Assembly (NCBI GenBank): GCA_002269645.1 | Contig: NIVC01004723.1 | Location: forward strand, 1 to 37,016 | Reading direction: 5' to 3' | Length of the DNA stretch: 37,016 nucleotides | Source of the DNA: Macrostomum lignano | Lineage: Eukaryota | Shown here: positions 1-10,578 of the stretch, piece after piece | How positions within the stretch are numbered: the first letter of the stretch is position 1 | How the letters are laid out: every line of letters starts with the position of its first letter | Notes under the pieces: model-generated | What the model was told of the DNA's origin: nothing | Database searches by the model: none | Seen by the model: only the letters and a program-made list of their open reading frames with translations | Program-made: the position numbers and the translations under genes

Positions 1-99
1 TTTGTAAGATTATCAGCAAACGCGCTAAGCCAGATTATCGTATCCGTGTCGAGCCGAACGTGCATTGGGTTCAGATGAATGTACAAACTCGGAGAAGGA
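1..99 (-). CDS. BLTP3: BLTP3-like exon 8, partial (runs off window)
   Basis: PSPSLYIHLNPMHVRLDTDTIIWLSAF matches PCPNLYIQLNGLTFTMDPVSLLWGNLF. Strong acceptor cccttcttccag at 100-111. One base appears to be missing for phase continuity with exon 7. Confidence 0.8.
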
Positions 100-209
100 C
101 TGGAAGAAGGGATAACAGAGAACATTTTAACGTTATTTTTGTACTACCACGAGTAATTTATTGTACAAAGCAAATTTAGTCTCAAACACTCGGCACTAGC
201 CTACTGTAC

Positions 210-551
210 CTCCAACGGCGGCAGTAGTATTCAAAGCGCTGCTCGGATAATAATACTGAGTATAGTCGATATAAACGACAGGCTGGAGGCCGGCAGCTGG
301 TGCCGTCGCTTGTCAGCTGCGAGGAATGTCGCCGGCTTGCGCTGCTCGGCGAGGTTAGCGCTGGACGCAACGCAACTCATGCAGACGTCCTGCAGTCTTA
401 GAGGATGGCGCTCTCCACAGCTGCGGTAGGTGCTGCTGCTGAGGATGCTGACGCTGTCGTTGTTTGAACAGATTGATTCGTTCACGCTGCCAGCGATAGG
501 CTTTGGAGTGAATGTTGGTGAAATTTGGCCAATTCTTGGCTCGATCAGAGT
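210..551 (-). CDS. BLTP3: BLTP3-like exon 7 (contains three apparent 1-nt deletions)
   Basis: The start DSDRAKNWPNFTNIHSKAYRWQRERINLF resembles DSCKHWVRH...QWAQKLVMEF. The middle LRLQDVCMSCV...KPATFLAADKRRHQLP and the end PVVYIDYTQYYYP resemble VRVDDLDIHQV...KPSTLLSCSRKLHNLP and AIHIEFTEYYFP. These blocks fall in different frames. Acceptor ctcgcag|AC, donor G|GTACAG. Confidence 0.75.
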
Positions 552-981
552 CTGCGAGGGCCAGATTTCAATATAGAGATTGATATTTATTATCAAGATT
601 TCTACCTATTGGTTGTACTTTCATCTTGATGTACTATACTTGTAAATGTACTTTATCCACATGAGAATATCTGTCCAGTTTTCCCAACAGAAAACGCATT
701 GCCATCCAGACAACGCAGAATGCCGCCGAAAACTTCAACCAAAAAATCAAATATTGATTCAGCATGAGCGCAAAATTGCCAATTGCTGGTGAGGACGCGA
801 TAATCCTTAAACTATGAGTCTGTCGGATACTCAATACGCCTCTCAATAGTGTTCAAATGCCGGTTAAATACTTAGGATAGAGAGAGAGAAGAGCTGCTGC
901 TCTGTGCAAATCTAAAAGTGGGCAAACATTGCAGCTAACCGAGGTCTCCTGGGAGGTCTGGGTGGCTGCTGGCAATTACAA

Positions 982-1003
982 CCCCCCCCCCCCCCCCCCC
1001 CCC
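982..1003. repeat. poly-C/poly-G homopolymer, 22 nt
   Basis: Read directly from the sequence. Confidence 0.95.
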
Positions 1004-1687
1004 TATTTTTATTTTCCTTCGCCGCTGCGTCACCAGCCCCAGAATCCACTATTTAGTATTGGCTATATAAAGTATAGTATTTTGCTGGCATCCTAAACCT
1101 AGCATATTATATGCGATGACTGGCAGAATTACAGCAGCAATGAGCTCTGACCCGGGGCTGAGCTACAGTCACGCATTTGAGCATGTCCGGCTGGCCATCG
1201 CATTCCAGCTGCGCATCTTTTATCGCTTCACGCTCGGAATGCGGCCTGTCACACTGCCTCTCAGGTCTCTCTGCGTGTCTCTGGCAGTCTATTGCGCTCA
1301 CTCCCTGCCTCTGGGCTCTCATTTCCCTACTCCATTCCCCTCTCTCCCTCTCCCTCTCGCCCTCTTCCCTTCCTTGTCTCTCTCTCTCTCTTCTCTCCTT
1401 CTCCCATACTCTCCGTCTCCCTCTCTACCTCTCGCTGATTTACCGTCTCACTTTACTTCATTCAGTAAACTTCTCAATAACTGCATGCGTGACTGAATTT
1501 TTGTCTGTCCGTCTGTCAGTCGATCATCAAAGAGATGCGCAATATTTTATCCGTTAGAAGCAGCGCGTTCGAACTTGAACAAGAACAAGAAGACTGGGGT
1601 ATAGAGATCAGTAAGTGCAGAACAAGTACTCCAGCACTTTCTGTATGTTTAGTCGTGTAAATTAGAATTTACTTGCTGAGAGATGGA

Positions 1688-2019
<332 letters not shown>

Positions 2020-2747
2020 GAAGCAGGGAACCCGGCGAGCAGCTCCATCACTGCGCGGCCTCTTTAAGCACTCTGTCCTAAACCTCTCGGTCAGGAGCCG
2101 CAGCTCCGGAAATTGACAAGATTGAGGACAAAGGGGTCGGTCCAGCAAAGAAGACTGTTGCCCTGGGCAACAGAAATCAATATTTAATGAGGCTAAATAT
2201 GCAAAATTTATGCAGGTACTGTACTTACTAATATAAAAAACTCATTAATTATTAATTATGATTTTTTTATTATTAAAGGTTGATTTTGAGTGCTTTGTTA
2301 CAAAATTCTAGACTCAATAGCCATTGAGCTGTAAAAATGGAGTCCTGCTAAGTATTAAATAAGGCCTAGTGCGAATGATTAACACTATGTATGTGTACAT
2401 TTAGTCACAGGTGCTTCGGTGCAATTCTACCAATTTATCCAACTAACAAAAGCTCACTTCCAGTGTAGAGTCAGCTATATTTGTCTGTTGTCTATAAAAT
2501 TTGCTTTCTCACTATTTAGGTAGTTACAGGATGCTAATTGGCAAATAGTGTTGTCATAAATTTTGGAAGAGAAATTCACACTTGCGATGGTGGCGGTAGG
2601 GCTGCAATGCAGGATTTGCATTGTGAGCAGTTTAGGATATTAAAGATTAATGTATGCAAATTGATGTAGGTTTATGAAATGGCGGTTTTTTTGGGAACAA
2701 GGTGGGATGTCAGTGGGTGGTGATCAGGGTGCGATGTCAATGGGTGG

Positions 2748-3218
2748 TGATCTGGGTTCAGGTTGGGAATCAGGGTTCAGGTTGGGGATCAGGGTTTAGG
2801 AATGGGGATCAGTGTTCAGGGATGGGATCAGGGTTCAGGGATGGGGATCAGGGTTCAGGTTAGGGATCAGGGTTAAGGGATGGGGATCAGGGTTCAGGGT
2901 TGGGGTTTAGGGTTGGGATCAGGGTTGGGGATCAGGGTTCAGGGTTGGGGTTTAGGGTTGGGGATCAGGGTTGGGGATCAGGGTTCAGGGTTGGGGTTTA
3001 GGGTTGGGGATCAGGGTTGGGGATCAGGGTTCAGGGTTGGGGATCAGGGTTCAGTTGGGGATCAGGGATCAGTGATGGGGATCAGGGATCAGTGACGGGG
3101 ATCAGGGATGGGGATCAGGGTTCAGGGATGGGGATCAGGGTTCAGGGTTGGGGATCAGGGTTCAGTTGGGGATCAGGGATCAGTGATGGGGATCAGGGAT
3201 CAGTGACGGGGATGAGGT
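2748..3218. repeat. G-rich minisatellite, core GGGGATCAGGGTT with TCAGGG/TTTAGGG variants
   Basis: Tandem degenerate units, telomere-like but not a (TTAGGG)n array. Confidence 0.9.
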
Positions 3219-3248
3219 TACTAAGGCCATAAAACTCGGGCTACTCAC

Positions 3249-3341
3249 CGAGCTGATGCAGAGGATAAAAGTCGACGCCGAATCGCAGCAAAGTGAGCTG
3301 AATTGCTCCGTTGGCAACAGAATTTGCGCTCAATTTCGTGT
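3249..3341 (-). CDS. BLTP3: BLTP3-like exon 6 (93 bp, absent from ORF track)
   Basis: DTKLSANSVANGAIQLTLLRFGVDFYPLHQL(G) matches GGAMQLTFRKMAFDYYPFHWAG. Acceptor cacacag|AC, donor G|GTGAGT; phase 1 on both sides, consistent with the neighbouring exons. Confidence 0.88.
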
Positions 3342-3559
3342 CTGTGTGGCAGAAATCAGCGGTGGGGCGAGGTGGTTGCAGTGATCAGATTTGATGAATT
3401 GATGTACAGACCAGATAAATTTATTGCAGACAAATTCAATTCTATTCGATAGAAAGACGAAAAAGAAGGATAAAAGCGGGTAGATATGGAGGAGAATACA
3501 GGATGCATATTTATATACAAATACGAGAGGTACAGATGTACATGTATATGAGACAGGAG

Positions 3560-4035
3560 CGAGACGAGAGAGGGGAAAGGGGAGATAAAAGAGAGAAGAG
3601 AGAGGAGAGAGAGATGAGAGAGAGGGAGATAGGAAAGAGAGAAATAGGAGAGGTCGATAGGAGAGGGGGGAGACAGGGAGATAGGAGAGGGAGATAGGAG
3701 ATAGGGAATTAGGAGATAGATGGAGAAAGGAGAGAGAGACAGGCGAGAGGGAGATAGAAGATAGGGAGATAGGAGATAGGGAGATAGGAGACAGGGAGAT
3801 AGGAGAGGGAGATAGGAGAGAGAGAGAGATAGGGGAGAGTGAGCTGGGAGAGAAGGGAGATAGCAGAGAGGGAGATAGGAGATAGATGGAGAAAGGAGAG
3901 AGAGACAGGGGAGAGGGAGATAAAAGATAGGGAGATAGGAGATAGGGAGATAGGAGACAGGGAGATAGGAGAGAGAGAGATGGGGGAGAGGGAGCTGGGA
4001 GAGAAGGGAGATAGCAGAGAGGGAGATAGGAGAGA
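3560..4035. repeat. Purine-rich array, core AGGGAGATAGGAG, with an internal ~180-bp duplication
   Basis: Read directly from the sequence. Confidence 0.9.
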
Positions 4036-4616
4036 AATATTAAAAAAGGAAAGTGATTCACAGATCTAAACCAAATCCATCAATTCGTCAACTTAAAATT
4101 TTGGTACAGGTTTATCGACTACTAGGTCGACCGCCGATATGTATCGTAAATAAGTTTCTGTACTACTAGTAGTAAAATAAGTCAGTTGATAACTGAAGCT
4201 GGAAATAAGCCCTACCCATTATACCGCTAAACTCCCACAACCCACGCCATAATCAATTAAAGTACTTATTCTATACGCTAGAAAATAGCCAGCGATTTCC
4301 AATTATGGGATGCAGTCATGCGAAATTGCACCTGCGCTAATAAAAAATTTGCTCAGGCTGTTTATTATAACTGCTGCCCTGTTTGCTAGGGTACAAATTT
4401 AACCAAACTGTTTATCTGCTTATTGAAACTGCAATGACGAGTGAGAGAGGTGCTTGGGAGTGCCCAGTACTCTGTTATGCGCTCGAGCACCTGAGCTGGC
4501 CATTAATTTAGTCCCACTCCCTTACAAAATTCCATCCCAAATTTAAGAATATCTTCTAGGCTAAATTTACAGCCAAAGTGTTGCTGATTACAGCCTCTGA
4601 CATCTGCGTCTACCTT

Positions 4617-5825
4617 GCCCTCCCTCTCCTATCTCCCTCTCCTATCTCCCTCTCCTATCTCAATCTCTCCTATCTCCCTCTCCTTCTCAATCTCTCCTAT
4701 CTCCCTCTCCTATCTCAATCTCTCCTATCTCCCTCTCCTATCTTAATCTCTCCTATCTCCCTCTCCTATCTTAATCTCTCCTATCTCCCTCTCCTATCTC
4801 CCTCTCCTATCTCAATCTCTCCTATCTCCCTCTCCTTCTCAAACTCTCCTATCTCCCTCTCCTATCTCCTCTCCTATCTCAATCTCTCCTATCTCCCTCT
4901 CCTATCTTAATCTCTCCTATCTCCCTCTCCTATCTCCCTCTCCTATCTCAATCTCTCCTATCTCCCTCTCCTATCTCAATCTCTCCTATCTCCCTCTCCT
5001 ATCTCCCTCTCCTATCTCAATCTCTCCTATCTCCCTCTCCTTCTCAAACTCTCCTATCTCCCTCTCCTATCTCCTCTCCTATCTCAATCTCTCCTATCTC
5101 CCTCTCCTATCTTAATCTCTCCTATCTCCCTCTCCTATCTCCCTCTCCTATCTCAATCTCTCCTATCTCCCTCTCCTATCTCAATCTCTCCTATCTCCCT
5201 CTCCTATCTCCCTCTCCTATCTCAATCTCTCCTATCTCCCTCTCCTTCTCAAACTCTCCTATCTCCCTCTCCTATCTCCTCTCCTATCTCAATCTCTCCT
5301 ATCTCCCTCTCCTATCTTAATCTCTCCTATCTCCCTCTCCTATCTCCCTCTCCTTCTCAAACTCTCCTATCTCCCTCTCCTATCTCCTCTCCTATCTCAA
5401 TCTCTCCTATCTCCCTCTCCTATCTTAATCTCTCCTATCTCCCTCTCCTATCTCCCTCTCCTATCTCAATCTCTCCTATCTCCCTCTCCTATCTCAATCT
5501 CTCTTATCTCCCTCTCCTATCTCCCTCTCCTATCTCAATCTCTCCTATCTCCCTCTCCTATCTCAATCTCTCTTATCTCCCTCTCCTATCTCCCTCTCCT
5601 ATCTCCCTCTCCTATCTCCCTCTCCTATCTCCCTCTCCTATCTCCCTCTCCTATCTCCCTCTCCTATCTCAATCTCTCCTATCTCTCTCTCTCCTATCTC
5701 CCTCTCCTATCTCCCTCTCCTATCTCCCTCTCCTATCTCCCTCTCTTATCTCCCTCTCATATCTCAATCTCTCCTATCTCCCTCTCCTATTTCCCTCTCC
5801 TATCTCAATCTGTCCTATCTCCCTC
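4617..5825. repeat. Pyrimidine-rich array, (CTCTCCTATCTCC[CT]/CAAT)n; reverse complement of the 3560-4035 core
   Basis: Read directly; units of ~14-16 bp. Confidence 0.95.
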
Positions 5826-5905
5826 TCGTGATCTGAACTCTCTCCTACCTCTTCATCTCCCTGCCACCCATTCAAAAGTCTTGAATCAAACACAGCATTC
5901 CTCAC

Positions 5906-6110
5906 CAGCGTTGCTGTCCTCGCAAAAGTGCAAATCAACTCGGCCAGTGTGCACATGATAAGAAGTTTCTGAGACGTCGTATTTTCGAAAGATTCTCTCG
6001 GCGGGCCCCAGAGTGTCGATGTCAACTTCTGGGTTGCCTGCGGCGCTGTGAGTGGCTGAGGCTGCGTTTGATGTTGCCGCAGCGACGGAAGAGGAACTTC
6101 TAGTGTGGCC
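5906..6110 (-). CDS. BLTP3: BLTP3-like exon 5
   Basis: A low-complexity linker is followed by FRKYDVSETSYHVHTGRVDLHFCEDS, matching FEKFDVKESSYHLLISRLDLHICDDS. Acceptor acgcag|GGC, donor G|GTGAGG. Confidence 0.88.
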
Positions 6111-6186
6111 CTGCGTGATTGGTCGGTTTGGCGTGCGGCGACTCAATATGTGCACTATTTGTGCGTACTAGTGAGATTGTTAGTGA

Positions 6187-6481
6187 CCAAGGGGCGCCAG
6201 CACCAAGGGGCTTTAGCACCAAGGGGCGCCAGCACCAAGGGGCTTTAGCACCAAGGGGCGCCAGCACCAAGGGGCGCCAGCACCAAGGGGCTTTAGCACC
6301 AAGGGGCGCCAGCACCAAGGGGCGCCAGCACCAAGGGGCTTTAGCACCAAGGGGCTTTAGCACCAAGGGGCGCCAGCACCAAGGGGCGCCAGCACCAAGG
6401 GGCGCCAGCACCAAGGGGCGCCAGCACCAAGGGGCGCCAGCACCAAGGGGGCCAGCACCAAGGGGCGCCAGCACCAAGGGG
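6187..6481. repeat. 16-bp minisatellite (CCAAGGGGCGCCAGCA)n, ~18 units
   Basis: Read directly; includes the variant unit CCAAGGGGCTTTAGCA. Confidence 0.97.
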
Positions 6482-6648
6482 AGCCCTCAATTCTACAATC
6501 GTCAGGGGGTGTAGCCTAACTACGTTTCAGTGAAATTTAAAACACCCGAAAACTCGGGCATAAATAGCTAGCAGGTGCACTACCGGTAGTTGAATGAGTC
6601 TGAGTCTTGCTTGCAACTCCAAAGAAACAGTGCACAACAGAAACCAAC

Positions 6649-6836
6649 CTGGGGCCTGTGTTTGATGTCGCCGACAGCAGCGCCTCTGCTGGCAGCCTGT
6701 TGTTTAGCTGTGGCCTTTTCAATACAGGACTGCAACGACTTGACAAACAGCACTGTAGCCTCCAGCTGCGAGACCGTCAGCACCCACAGCAGGTCGTCCA
6801 GCAGCAGCTCGAGTCTAGTGGCCAATATTCTCGAAT
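6649..6836 (-). CDS. BLTP3: BLTP3-like exon 4
   Basis: DSRILATRLELLLDDLLWVLTVSQLEA contains the family motif LLDDLLWVLTxSQL. Acceptor actcag|AT (phase 1), donor CAG|GTTGGT (phase 0). Confidence 0.92.
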
Positions 6837-7001
6837 CTGAGTGAAGATTTAAACATCAGTAATTAATTAATGCGTGTTTATTGTCAACTGAAAGCGGATG
6901 TCTGTGATTCTTTTTCTAAAAAAAATTGATTGGAACAGAGTGGCTTTAGTCATTCGAGCTTTGCAACCAAAACATTCAAGTGCAGAAAAGTGCAGCGAAG
7001 G

Positions 7002-7026
7002 AGAGAGAGAGAGAGAGAGAGAGAGG
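7002..7026. repeat. (GA)n microsatellite
   Basis: Read directly from the sequence. Confidence 0.9.
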
Positions 7027-7822
7027 GTGGCAAAAGCAGGATGGCTTCTGAGCTGCCGCGGGGGGAGGCTTCCCCAGAGGGGAGACAGGGGAGAGGACGA
7101 GCTGATGATTTTGAGGGATTTGGACCGCTTGGCTCACATGTGAGAGAAAGCGAGAGAGAGAGGTGAGCCAAGAGTGAGGGAAGCGGGTGGCAGACGACAC
7201 GACAGCTCAAACAGAGAATGTATCACACTGGTCGCATCTCTCACAAGAGCTCTCAGAACTACCCGCAACCCTTTCCTTTCCTCCTTGCTGAATTCTTGAC
7301 AGCAAACGGAAGTGGAGAAAGAGCAGAAGATTAAAACACACAGAATTCGCCGTGCAGCGGGGGATTTCTAGGAATTGAATCAGGATAAAAGCTCTGGTGG
7401 AAATTTATTGAATAAACAGAAGTGAGAGAGCATGCAGCTCAATGAGAATTGATACTGGTAATGCTGTTATATGCTTGGAAAGAGCTTGGAAGGAATAGGG
7501 GAAAACTGAATTCCTTCCTGACGAGGACATCGATAAGGAAGAAGAGAGAGAAAGAGAGAGACTAAGGGGATTGGGGATGCGGATTTGCTGGGTTACTGGT
7601 CTGGCCTTACTCTGGGATTTTGTGCCCACCTCGTCCGTAGGCGACCCTATGCCCTCTAAACCCCTCACATAGAAACACACTCTGTCTTCATTTCCTGAAT
7701 TAAGTTCGACGCCAAGCAGTCAGGGTAAAAAATATCGAGCTTAAATATTCAGGGCAGCGAGGCGGTATCAATAATCTAAATATCGTACTCGCACAGTGGC
7801 TAGACGTCATTTTGTTTGAGTA

Positions 7823-8256
7823 CCAGGGGCTTTAGCACCAAGGGGCGCCAGCACCAAGGGGCGCCAGCACCAAGGGGCGCCAGCACCAAGGGGCGCCAGC
7901 ACCAAGGGGCGCCAGCACCAAGGGGCGCCAGCACCAAGGGGCGCCAGCACCAAGGGGCGCCAGCACCAAGGGGCGCCAGCACCAAGGGGCGCCAGCACCA
8001 AGGGGCGCCAGCACCAAGGGGCGCCAGCACCAAGGGGCGCCAGCACCAAGGGGCGCCAGCACCAAGGGGCGCCAGCACCAAGGGGCGCCAGCACCAAGGG
8101 GCGCCAGCACCAAGGGGCGCCAGCACCAAGGGGCGCCAGCACCAAGGGGCGCCAGCACCAAGGGGCGCCAGCACCAAGGGGCGCCAGCACCAAGGGGCGC
8201 CAGCACCAAGGGGCGCCAGCACCAAGGGGCGCCAGCACCAAGGGGCGCCAGCACCA
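7823..8256. repeat. 16-bp minisatellite (CCAAGGGGCGCCAGCA)n, ~27 near-identical units
   Basis: Same unit and orientation as 6187-6481. Confidence 0.97.
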
Positions 8257-9710
8257 TTTGGGGAATTCATAAGGAAGAGTGTGTCTATCAAATTTGCGAG
8301 CAAAGCTTTTAAAAGATAAAGTTTAAATTACACTGTTAGGTCAGCTCGAATTCGAGGAGAAACAATCAACGGTTTTGGACTATGCTGCGGTAAGTCACTG
8401 AACAGCAATTCTTGTAGCATGTAGGTACGCTAAGCTACCAAAAGTGCAGACTCATATCTCGTATGTATGTAGTGCAATAATCAGACGGGTCGCAGCGACC
8501 CATGTGCATGCAGAAAAAACACAACTAAGCCTATTGGCAAAAATATATGCGCATACAGGAATCCCCCACCATCGGATGGGGGAAAAGTTTTGAGCGGACC
8601 TGCAGCGGGAAGAGTGCCCCGAATAGCAAATAAGCTAGAGCTCCCAGTTGGCGCCCGAGCGAATATTGATCAAATTTGAGTTGTTATCTTTTTTTCTACG
8701 CTTTTATCCACTTTGCCCGACCAAAGCGAGAGAACTTCTGCACGGGATACTAAGTCATAAATTTGCTGGAGGGAAAAATAAGGAAGTAATAAACATAGCA
8801 ATAATTCCATATTTCCTTATTTCCATAGCATAATTTACATGTCTCTGGTCTCAGGATAAAAGTACACTTGAGCAGTATTGGTGTCCAAGGCAAAATATAT
8901 TTTATAATGCATCATTTTTAACAAGAATTTAGCATAAGGGATTTAATCGTATTCATATTTTTAGGAGAAATCCGAAAAAATTAAAAGCTATTTTTAAGGT
9001 GAATTAAATATTTCATCTTTGAATCCTTGCATTCAGAGTCCAGACTCTGCATATAATAGTGTAGATGGGGCTGAGAAGTTGGATAATTTATTTAGCGCAC
9101 TGGTTGGTGGTAAAGCAATGTAAATTAGCTCACTAATTAAAAGGACTGGTTTTAAAAAGTCCTAGGATAGATGGTCGGTTGGGGTAAAGGCTCGCTGTGT
9201 CCACCAGTGTCCACGTATGTCCACGAAGGGCACAACAACAAAGATGCTTTGATAAACTTTGCAATTGGAAGTGGCAGAAATTTGGACCTTGGGCTGATTT
9301 TACGAGCGGCTATAAATAGACGCTGCGAACCTCAATGTACGTCAATGTACAGTCTAGTCATAAAAACATTAAAGAAAAGATTCGCGCAGTGAGTTAGGTG
9401 GCTTGGAGTTTGGGGAGACGGAAGCTTGGGTCGTAAATTGGAGTGCAGCTAAAAATAGACGCTGTGTACATCATTGTACATGTAAGGCAAAAGAAAACCA
9501 CCCACAGTGAGGTGTCTGGACTTAGGGGTTAAGCTGGAAGAATCTTGGATTGGGTGCGGCTATAAATAGGTACAATGTACACCAATGTACATAGACAGCT
9601 ATAAAGACGACCAAATGAGCTCCAAACTTTAACACTACGGAATTAAACCAGCCCTTCTTTTCCAATTAAAAAATAAACTGGCTAAGTTGCGATTTAAATA
9701 TAAAACGTAC

Positions 9711-9933
9711 CAGAGAGGCGCTTTTTCATCGCCATCCGTATCCGCGACGCGTTTGTCACCAATCTGACGATAGCATTGTTCCCGCCGGGCACGCCAGCTT
9801 CGATTCGGGTGGTATCCCAGACCATCTCTTTAAATAGCAGGATCTGGTCGTGGGCTCGATCGCGCAGGTAAGTGAATTTTAATTCGCCTCGCGCCCAATT
9901 GGCCATCACGCTGTAGAGGTGAAGCTTTGATAG
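9711..9933 (-). CDS. BLTP3: BLTP3-like exon 3
   Basis: LSKLHLYSVMANWARGELKFT...LLFKEMVWDTTRIEA...VRLVTNASRIRMAMKKRLS aligns to LWQLQGYSVNPNWQQSDLRLT...TFKEITWQTLRIEA...LRLITNQGRIQIALKRR. Acceptor tttcag|CTA (phase 0), donor G|GTACGT (phase 1). Confidence 0.9.
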
Positions 9934-10578
9934 CTGAAATTTTGGGCGATATGGTGGCAATGTGGAAGACGACTTAATTTTGGAGCCCCCAGTCCTCCCC
10001 TGGCATCAATTTTGGCCCTTCTAACATTATCTGAGTAGGCCAGGCAGTTAAAACTGTAGAACCATGCATGCATATTCAACCAGCTGCAGGTATCCTTAGC
10101 CCACAACCCCCCTCATGGAGAATAATTCCTAGTTTATGAACAATGTACACATTCCTTTTCTAGCTGGTTGCATTATAAAGGCTTGAATGATTATCCTGCC
10201 TCACGTAGCCAACCCCAATCCAATCTCTCATGCCTAAGCATTTCCGCAGGACCAACCAACCGTCCGACAGGTGCAGCTTTGGTCAACAATTTCCCACTGC
10301 CTTAGTCTAGCCTACATGAGCATAGCCCGTGAAATATGGCTAAAGCAATATAATAAATGAGAGCTCTCCATCCATTCAGGGCCCAGGTTTGACTTGCACT
10401 CGAGGAAAAGGCTGGCTGTGCCTACGCGGCAGTGAATAGATATGGGAATAATAGCTATCAATACATACCTACGTAGGCAAAGGATATAATGTAGGAGGCT
10501 GGGGCTAGGCATGGAAACTGGGCAGACACCAAATTTTCTATTGGGGGCTGGTAGCTGTGGAACTATCCTCATGAAAAT

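Noticed and set aside
231-596. 121-aa ORF with a GPI-like hydrophobic tail as an independent gene
   Set aside because: It is one of the shifted frames of BLTP3 exon 7; the tail is the off-frame reading of PVVYIDYTQYYYP.
634-846. 70-aa ORF with a hydrophobic stretch resembling a TM1
   Set aside because: It lies in BLTP3 intron 6, starts at a non-ATG codon, and has no recognizable motif or matching splice phase.
1116-1270. GLSYSHAFEHVRLAIAFQL as the C-terminus of a CRE/R2-type retrotransposon ORF
   Set aside because: The resemblance is short and from memory only; there is no RT or endonuclease motif nearby. A tBLASTn against Repbase/Dfam would settle it.
2155-2173. Perfect 9-bp inverted repeat CTGTTGCCC-T-GGGCAACAG
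   Set aside because: An isolated short palindrome is plausible by chance in 37 kb and has no supporting context.
8644-8660. CA-gt-TGGCGCCCGA as a tRNA-Lys primer binding site after an LTR
   Set aside because: Only a 10-nt match, with no identifiable LTR pair, gag/pol remnant or polypurine tract.
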